In this document: positions 59,006 to 64,000 of the stretch, one piece after another
Layout: every line of letters begins with the position of its first letter
Position numbering within the stretch: the first letter of the stretch is position 1
NCBI GenBank assembly: GCA_050251875.1
Contig: JBFWMA010000008.1
Span: 57,909 to 121,908, forward strand
Direction of reading: 5' to 3'
DNA from: Deferribacterales bacterium
GTDB taxonomy: Bacteria; Chrysiogenota; Deferribacteres; Deferribacterales; Geovibrionaceae
DNA length: 64,000 bases
The notes under the pieces: generated by a model
What the model saw: the letters and a program-made list of their open reading frames with translations, nothing else
What the model was told of the DNA's origin: nothing
The model's database searches: none
Made by a program: the position numbers and the translations under genes

Positions 59006-60844
59006 ATGCTGAAGAACTTAAAATTGTCTCAGAAGCTGGCAGTCGGTTTTGGTGTGGTTCTCTTCCTTATGGGAACTATCAGTCTGCTTAGTTTTACCAA
59101 ATTTAAGCAGTTATCTTCCTTAGTGCAGAAAAGGGATGTCTTCGCCTCTATGGTATCAGACATCGGGGACGCTAGGGCAAACAGGATCAGATATCTTTTC
59201 ACCGGAATGAAAGAACACGGTGATCTTGTTAATGCCTCTTTTGAGAAAATATTGAAAACCGCTCAGGACAGCCTGGCTATCTATACTAAAGAGGCGGATC
59301 AGAAGAGCATTAACAGCATCATAAAATCTGTTCAGGACTATCAGGCCGCATTCAAAAACTATGAAGATATCATTTCTGAAAAAGACCAGCTGATAAAACA
59401 GCTCAGAGAGTCCGGCACAGTTGTCTTCACCACAGCGGACAAGATAGGTCAGATGAATATTTCAAACAACCTGCTGATGATGCGTCTGAACACGCTTAAC
59501 TATATATATAACAAGTCAGATGACTTCTATAACGAACAACAGAAATATTATCTCAAAACACAGGAGCTTACACGCTCTCTTAATGACGGCTCAGAAAACT
59601 TCAGGATCATATCTGAAGGGCTCGAGCTTTATAACAGCAATTTTATCAAGCTGAACGAAGGCTATAAAAAACTGGAACAGGTCGAAAATGTTATGGTTGA
59701 GACAGCCAGAGAAACACAGGATCTCTGCGCAGGTATCATCGACAGTGAAAAAGCGTACATAGATTCTGCGGTATCCAGCGCTATCCTGCTTATAATAGTA
59801 ATTTCACTCTCCGCAGTGACAGTTGGTCTGACAGTGGGCTACTTCATTTCAGCCTCTATCACAAGACCGATGGCAAAGGCTGTCGGAGCAGCAAACGTAA
59901 TGTCCGATGGCGACTTCACAAATACACTGGATATTAACCAGAAAGACGAAGTCGGACAATTCGCCAAGGCTCTGGAAAGCATGAGACACAGCCTGAAAGA
60001 CGTTATCGAAGTTATCGTCCATTCGTCTAACTCTGTCGCCTCTGCCAGCACGGAGCTCGCCTCCACCACAGAGGAGCTGGCATCCACCTTCTCTGACCAG
60101 GCTTCACAGGTCAGCATGGTCGCCACCGCAGTGGAACAGATCAGCACATCCTCAACACAGGTGCTCGCTTCCATTAACGAAGTAAAAGATAAATCAGATT
60201 CAGCGAACGGTCTCACATGCGAAGGACAAACCTGCATTCATTCCGCCAACGATGTAATGTTCAAGATACAGCATAATGTCGAAGAGCTCGGAACCACCGT
60301 AGCGGGGCTGGCAAGATCATCTGAGGAAATCGGAAACATACTTTTGGTTATCAATGACATAGCAGACCAGACTAACCTTCTCGCCCTTAACGCCGCCATA
60401 GAAGCCGCAAGAGCCGGTGAACACGGACGCGGATTCGCTGTGGTTGCTGACGAAGTTCGTAAGCTGGCGGAGAGGACACAGACCTCTATCCAGGAGATCG
60501 AATCAATCATCTCCTCTTTTGTAAGAGAAACCAGCAAAACAAACAGCGAAATGCAGACCGCCAAGACATATGTCACTGAAGGCGTCGGCAAACTGGACGA
60601 TACGAACAAAATCTTTGAAAGAATCGTTGCCGCTGTGGAAGAGATCGGAAATGCCAGCAGCATCATCCGAACAGCGATGGAAGAGCAGGTGACCGCCATC
60701 AACAACATCAACGATAACGCCCACGTCATCTCCAGCGGACTGGAAGAGAGCTCAGCGGCTGTTAACCAGGTATCCGCCACTGTTGCGGATCTTCAGAAAC
60801 AGGCTGACGACCAGATGGAGAGCGCGGCTCAGTTCAGAATATAA
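59006..60844 (+). CDS. Methyl-accepting chemotaxis protein (helical, HBM-like sensor), copy 1
   Basis: AAGGAG SD; two TM, HAMP, MCP signalling hairpin. Confidence 0.92.
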   Translation: MLKNLKLSQKLAVGFGVVLFLMGTISLLSFTKFKQLSSLVQKRDVFASMVSDIGDARANRIRYLFTGMKEHGDLVNASFEKILKTAQDSLAIYTKEADQKSINSIIKSVQDYQAAFKNYEDIISEKDQLIKQLRESGTVVFTTADKIGQMNISNNLLMMRLNTLNYIYNKSDDFYNEQQKYYLKTQELTRSLNDGSENFRIISEGLELYNSNFIKLNEGYKKLEQVENVMVETARETQDLCAGIIDSEKAYIDSAVSSAILLIIVISLSAVTVGLTVGYFISASITRPMAKAVGAANVMSDGDFTNTLDINQKDEVGQFAKALESMRHSLKDVIEVIVHSSNSVASASTELASTTEELASTFSDQASQVSMVATAVEQISTSSTQVLASINEVKDKSDSANGLTCEGQTCIHSANDVMFKIQHNVEELGTTVAGLARSSEEIGNILLVINDIADQTNLLALNAAIEAARAGEHGRGFAVVADEVRKLAERTQTSIQEIESIISSFVRETSKTNSEMQTAKTYVTEGVGKLDDTNKIFERIVAAVEEIGNASSIIRTAMEEQVTAINNINDNAHVISSGLEESSAAVNQVSATVADLQKQADDQMESAAQFRI

Positions 60845-60850
60845 CCATAC

Positions 60851-60878
60851 AGGGGGGCGAAAGCCCCCTTCTTTTTTG
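60851..60878 (+). terminator. Intrinsic terminator GGGGGC-GAAA-GCCCCC
   Basis: GNRA tetraloop hairpin plus T-tract. Confidence 0.8.
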
Positions 60879-61238
60879 CTCATAATTTTCTTATTGAAAT
60901 TTATCCACACTATTACAATATTTAAATCAGATAGTTTTTGTGTTTTTATAATACGCCTGAAAATACACAAACATGAGCTCTTTATTAAGCACATCAACTG
61001 TCAAAACAAATAACTATATTACAGTAGAGACAAAATACTATAACAAGACTGTGCCATATAATAGACATACGCTCAGTTGCATATGTTTATTTATAGTTCA
61101 ACACGACAAACACACAAAGCACAGTAAGATACTGATAATATATATTAATATACTGTCACAACATGAAATATCTATTTAATTGCGCTGTTGTAACTATTAC
61201 ATTAGAATATTAAATAGAATATTTGTTTAGGAGGAGAC

Positions 61239-63068
61239 ATGTTAAAGAATCTTAGTATCAGAAACAAGCTTCTTGCGGGGTTCGGTATAATTCTTGTCTT
61301 AATGACCGCCATCAGCTCTTTGGCGTTCTACAAGATCAGTGATCTCGCATTCCTATTCAGTAAAAAAGATAACTTCGCTGAAATAACCATTCTGATGAAC
61401 AAAGCGAGAGAAAACAGAAACAACTACTTCCATACATCCGATAATAAATACAGAGATGAGGTGAACGCCGCTTTTGACAGGATTCAGGAGCTGTACGACA
61501 CAGCTTTCAAATCATATACATCTGTAGAGGACACACAGAACATCTCTAAAATGATGGATGTCATAAAAACCTATTCAGAGGCATTCAGACAATATGCCAC
61601 AGGCATAGAAAAGAAATCCGAGCTGGTGAACAACCTGAACAAAACAGGCGCCCTGCTTTTCCAGCATGTCGATAAAATCGAATCCAAAACATTTGCTGTT
61701 GACCTGCTCATGATGAGGATAGACGCCGTAAAATATCTGGCAAAGCCCACCAAAGAGCTTTATGACAGCCAGCAGGAATTCTATAACAGGGCGAATAACT
61801 ATGCCAGACAGAATTTAACATCCGACACGGAGCTGATAAACGCACTGACAAACTATAATGAAGTGTTCAATCAGGTCGCTTTAGCCTTTGACGACATAGA
61901 TAAATACAGCGCAAAGCTCGTTCAGGGCGGTCTGGATGCGCAGGAAGTGTGCGGCGCCGTAATAAAGAGCGAGATGGAGGCACTCTCATCGTCTATTTTG
62001 TCTACCAAGATATTCATACTCGTTATATCTCTGACAGCAGTTCTCACCGGCATCTTCATCAGCATGCTTATATCCAGGGCAATAACATTACCCATGCACA
62101 AAGCGGTTGAGACAGCCAACACTATGGCAAAAGGCGACTTTACCAAATCACTAGACATAGACCAGAAAGATGAGATAGGTCAGTTCGCCAAAGCGCTGGA
62201 GAGTATGAGAAACAGCCTGAAGGGAGTTATAGAGGGACTGGTGCAGTCATCCAACTCTCTGGCTTCAGCCAGCACGGAGCTCGCGTCCACCACAGAAGAG
62301 CTCGCCGCCACCTTTTCGGATCAGGCGTCACAGGTCAGCATGGTTGCCTCCGCTGTGGAAGAGATCAGCACATCATCCTCAGAGGTGCTTGCGTCCATCA
62401 ATGATGTAAAAACCAAATCCGACTCAGCGAAAAAGCTCACTAACGAAGGTCAGACATGTATCAAGACCGCAAACACTGTCATGAACAGTATTCAGCAGAA
62501 CGTTGAGGGACTCGGAACAACAGTCGCCGAGCTCGCCAGATCGTCAGAGGAGATAGGAAATATCCTTCTCGTTATCAACGATATAGCAGATCAGACCAAT
62601 CTTCTGGCGCTTAACGCCGCCATCGAAGCCGCGAGAGCCGGAGACCACGGGCGTGGATTCGCAGTGGTGGCTGACGAGGTAAGAAAGCTGGCTGAGCGAA
62701 CACAGACTTCTATTCATGAAATAGAGAGCATAATCTCGACTTTTGTCAGAGAAACCACAAAAACAAATCAGGAGATGAACTCTGCTAAGTCAAAAGTAAA
62801 TGACGGAGTAAACAAGCTGAATGAAACAGACAGCATTTTTGAGAAGATCGTGACAGCAGTGGATGAGATCAGCACATCAAGCAGCGTCATCAATACTGCA
62901 ATCACAGAACAGGTAAGCGCTATCAACAACATAAACGACAACGCTCATGTTATCTCCAGCGGACTGGAACAGAGCTCAGCCGCCATAGAACAGGTGTCCT
63001 CCACAGTTGCCGACATACAGCATCAGGCGGACGACCAGATGGAGAGCGCTTCACAGTTTAAGATATAA
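61239..63068 (+). CDS. Methyl-accepting chemotaxis protein (helical, HBM-like sensor), copy 2
   Basis: AGGAGG SD; close paralog of the preceding MCP. Confidence 0.93.
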   Translation: MLKNLSIRNKLLAGFGIILVLMTAISSLAFYKISDLAFLFSKKDNFAEITILMNKARENRNNYFHTSDNKYRDEVNAAFDRIQELYDTAFKSYTSVEDTQNISKMMDVIKTYSEAFRQYATGIEKKSELVNNLNKTGALLFQHVDKIESKTFAVDLLMMRIDAVKYLAKPTKELYDSQQEFYNRANNYARQNLTSDTELINALTNYNEVFNQVALAFDDIDKYSAKLVQGGLDAQEVCGAVIKSEMEALSSSILSTKIFILVISLTAVLTGIFISMLISRAITLPMHKAVETANTMAKGDFTKSLDIDQKDEIGQFAKALESMRNSLKGVIEGLVQSSNSLASASTELASTTEELAATFSDQASQVSMVASAVEEISTSSSEVLASINDVKTKSDSAKKLTNEGQTCIKTANTVMNSIQQNVEGLGTTVAELARSSEEIGNILLVINDIADQTNLLALNAAIEAARAGDHGRGFAVVADEVRKLAERTQTSIHEIESIISTFVRETTKTNQEMNSAKSKVNDGVNKLNETDSIFEKIVTAVDEISTSSSVINTAITEQVSAINNINDNAHVISSGLEQSSAAIEQVSSTVADIQHQADDQMESASQFKI

Positions 63069-63098
63069 AAAAAGGGGGCGAAAGCCCCCTTATCTTTT
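63069..63098. terminator. Bidirectional terminator GGGGGC-GAAA-GCCCCC
   Basis: Same hairpin as 60851, with A-tract and T-rich flanks between convergent genes. Confidence 0.75.
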
Positions 63099-63411
63099 AG
63101 CAGTATTTCTGCGCAAATGCCTCGTCAGACATGGTTATATATATTATTCCCTCTATAAACGCTATCACGCTTGGAATAAATGTCCAGCACAACAGCAGAT
63201 AGATCAGTCCCATCATAACTTGCCCAAGATAAAACTTATGAACACCGAAACCGCCCAGAAAGAACGCAAAAAGTGCCGCCGCCAGTCTGTTCTTAGAGCT
63301 GACTGAATGTTGTCTCACACCGCAGTTGGGGCATATCTCAGCCTTAGCGTTTATCACGCTTCCGCATTCTGAGCAGAATTTTTCGTGTATTCCCTTTGTC
63401 ATGTTCTCCAT
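63097..63411 (-). CDS. Zinc-ribbon plus TM2-domain membrane protein
   Basis: FCSECG..ICPNCG; KNRLAAALFAFFLGGFGVHKFYLG. Confidence 0.9.
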   Translation of the reverse strand: MENMTKGIHEKFCSECGSVINAKAEICPNCGVRQHSVSSKNRLAAALFAFFLGGFGVHKFYLGQVMMGLIYLLLCWTFIPSVIAFIEGIIYITMSDEAFAQKYC

Positions 63412-63526
63412 AACGCACCTCACATTGGAATGCTAGCACGCTGAAGACAACATGTCAAAACAGTATAATTAATGTGTGAAATAGTAACAGGAAAGAGATG
63501 GTAGCTAACAAGTTAATTATGTTGAT

Positions 63527-63607
63527 GAGACTGCCACGCACCTATGGTGCTCGCAAAACATTTGCCTATGTCACAAATGTTTCTGCACCAAGCTAGCTGT
63601 AATGACG
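63527..63607. repeat. CGTC-type REP-like palindromic element with an inner hairpin
   Basis: GAGACTGCCACGCACC-TAT-GGTGCTCGCAA...AATGACG; inner AAACATTTG/CAAATGTTT. Confidence 0.5.
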
Positions 63608-63613
63608 AGTTAA

Positions 63614-63737
63614 TATGCTTTTGAGATACGAGTTATTCAAGGAAAGCCGAGTAAAGAAGTGCCGAGCGTATACAGAAATACGTGAGGCATCTTTTTAGGA
63701 GGATTGACGTAGAAGAACGAAGTATATCAGAAGTATA
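63614..63737. repeat. 124 bp long-hairpin element resembling Rickettsia palindromic element RPE-1
   Basis: Arms TATGCTTTTGAGATAC / GTATATCAGAAGTATA; core GCCGAGCGTATACAGAAATACGTGAGGC. Confidence 0.6.
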
Positions 63738-63747
63738 AATATAAAAA

Positions 63748-63868
63748 TCCCTGGCGGCGACCTATTCTCCCATACGTTTAATTCGCACAGTATCTTCGGC
63801 GCTGGAGAGCTTAACTTCCGTGTTCGAAATGGGAACGGGTGCAGAATCTCCGCTATAGCCACCAGGGA
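63748..63868 (-). rRNA. rrf: 5S ribosomal RNA
   Basis: Minus strand TCCCTGGTGGCTATAGCG...CCCGTTCCCATTTCGAACACGGAAGTTAAG...AGGTCGCCGCCAGGGA; ends approximate. Confidence 0.97.
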
Positions 63869-63951
63869 ATCCTGATATTCATATTTAACTTTTAAGACCT
63901 GTCAAACAGTCTACATGGGCTCTTAGAATTAAGGGAAGCTTTAAGATTTAT

Positions 63952-64000
63952 ATATCAAGCCGTACGGACTATTAGTACTGGTTAGCTCAACGCCTCACAA
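63952..64000 (-). rRNA. rrl: 23S ribosomal RNA, 3' end (partial)
   Basis: Minus strand GGCGTTGAGCTAACCAGTACTAATAGTCCGTACGGCTTGA matches the conserved 23S 3' terminus; 5S follows about 85 nt later. Confidence 0.93.

Noticed and set aside
61040..61060. Sigma54-like TGGCAC..TTGT on the minus strand
   Set aside because: Spacing is one base short, the -12 GC is missing, and it points away from the downstream MCP
60752..61179. Short ORFs in the AT-rich spacer between the tandem MCPs
   Set aside because: No SD, low-complexity AT-rich composition, and some cross a terminator; more likely promoter DNA
47..63306. Many long antisense or alternate-frame ORFs in the track (e.g. 15182-16075, 26928-27821, 40617-41540, 46792-47493)
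   Set aside because: They overlap well-supported genes, have no motifs or SD, and are expected shadows of biased codon usage
63097..63411. TM2/zinc-ribbon gene as a prophage marker
   Set aside because: No integrase, att site or other phage genes in the window
1..64000. Selenocysteine read-through, IS elements, tRNAs, CRISPR arrays
   Set aside because: By eye I found no in-frame TGA at a catalytic Cys position, transposase ORF, cloverleaf or regularly spaced repeat array; tRNAscan-SE, Infernal and ISEScan would be needed to exclude weak cases

Overview
Gene-dense 64 kb chromosomal window of a motile, respiring Gram-negative bacterium. Gene content and kinase/MCP style suggest Deferribacterales (Denitrovibrio/Seleniivibrio-like); this is inference, not a database result. 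Main blocks: (i) transport and signalling genes, including five MCPs, a hybrid kinase/HD-GYP/response-regulator operon and a GGDEF-EAL protein; (ii) an uncharacterised BioB/PylB/HydE-class radical SAM gene among three amino-acid exporter systems and two regulators; (iii) a 14 kb co-oriented respiratory block with an octaheme (CxxCK) nitrite reductase, System II cytochrome c biogenesis genes, a c-heme-sensor two-component system and a Desulfovibrio-type cc(o/b)o3 oxidase operon; (iv) potABCD and gltX-glnS; (v) an ArsR gene with a KaiC-like/PEP-synthase-like partner, abutting a small Cys-tailed protein; (vi) the 3' end of an rRNA operon (23S end, 5S) followed by palindromic repeats, one resembling Rickettsia RPE-1. 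No transposase, integrase, prophage or CRISPR array was found. The best candidates for undescribed biology are the ArsR/dikinase-like/Cys-tailed locus, the radical SAM/exporter island, the heme-sensor-controlled nitrite/O2 respiratory block, and a hybrid kinase whose HPt has lost its His while the partner protein carries an intact HPt.
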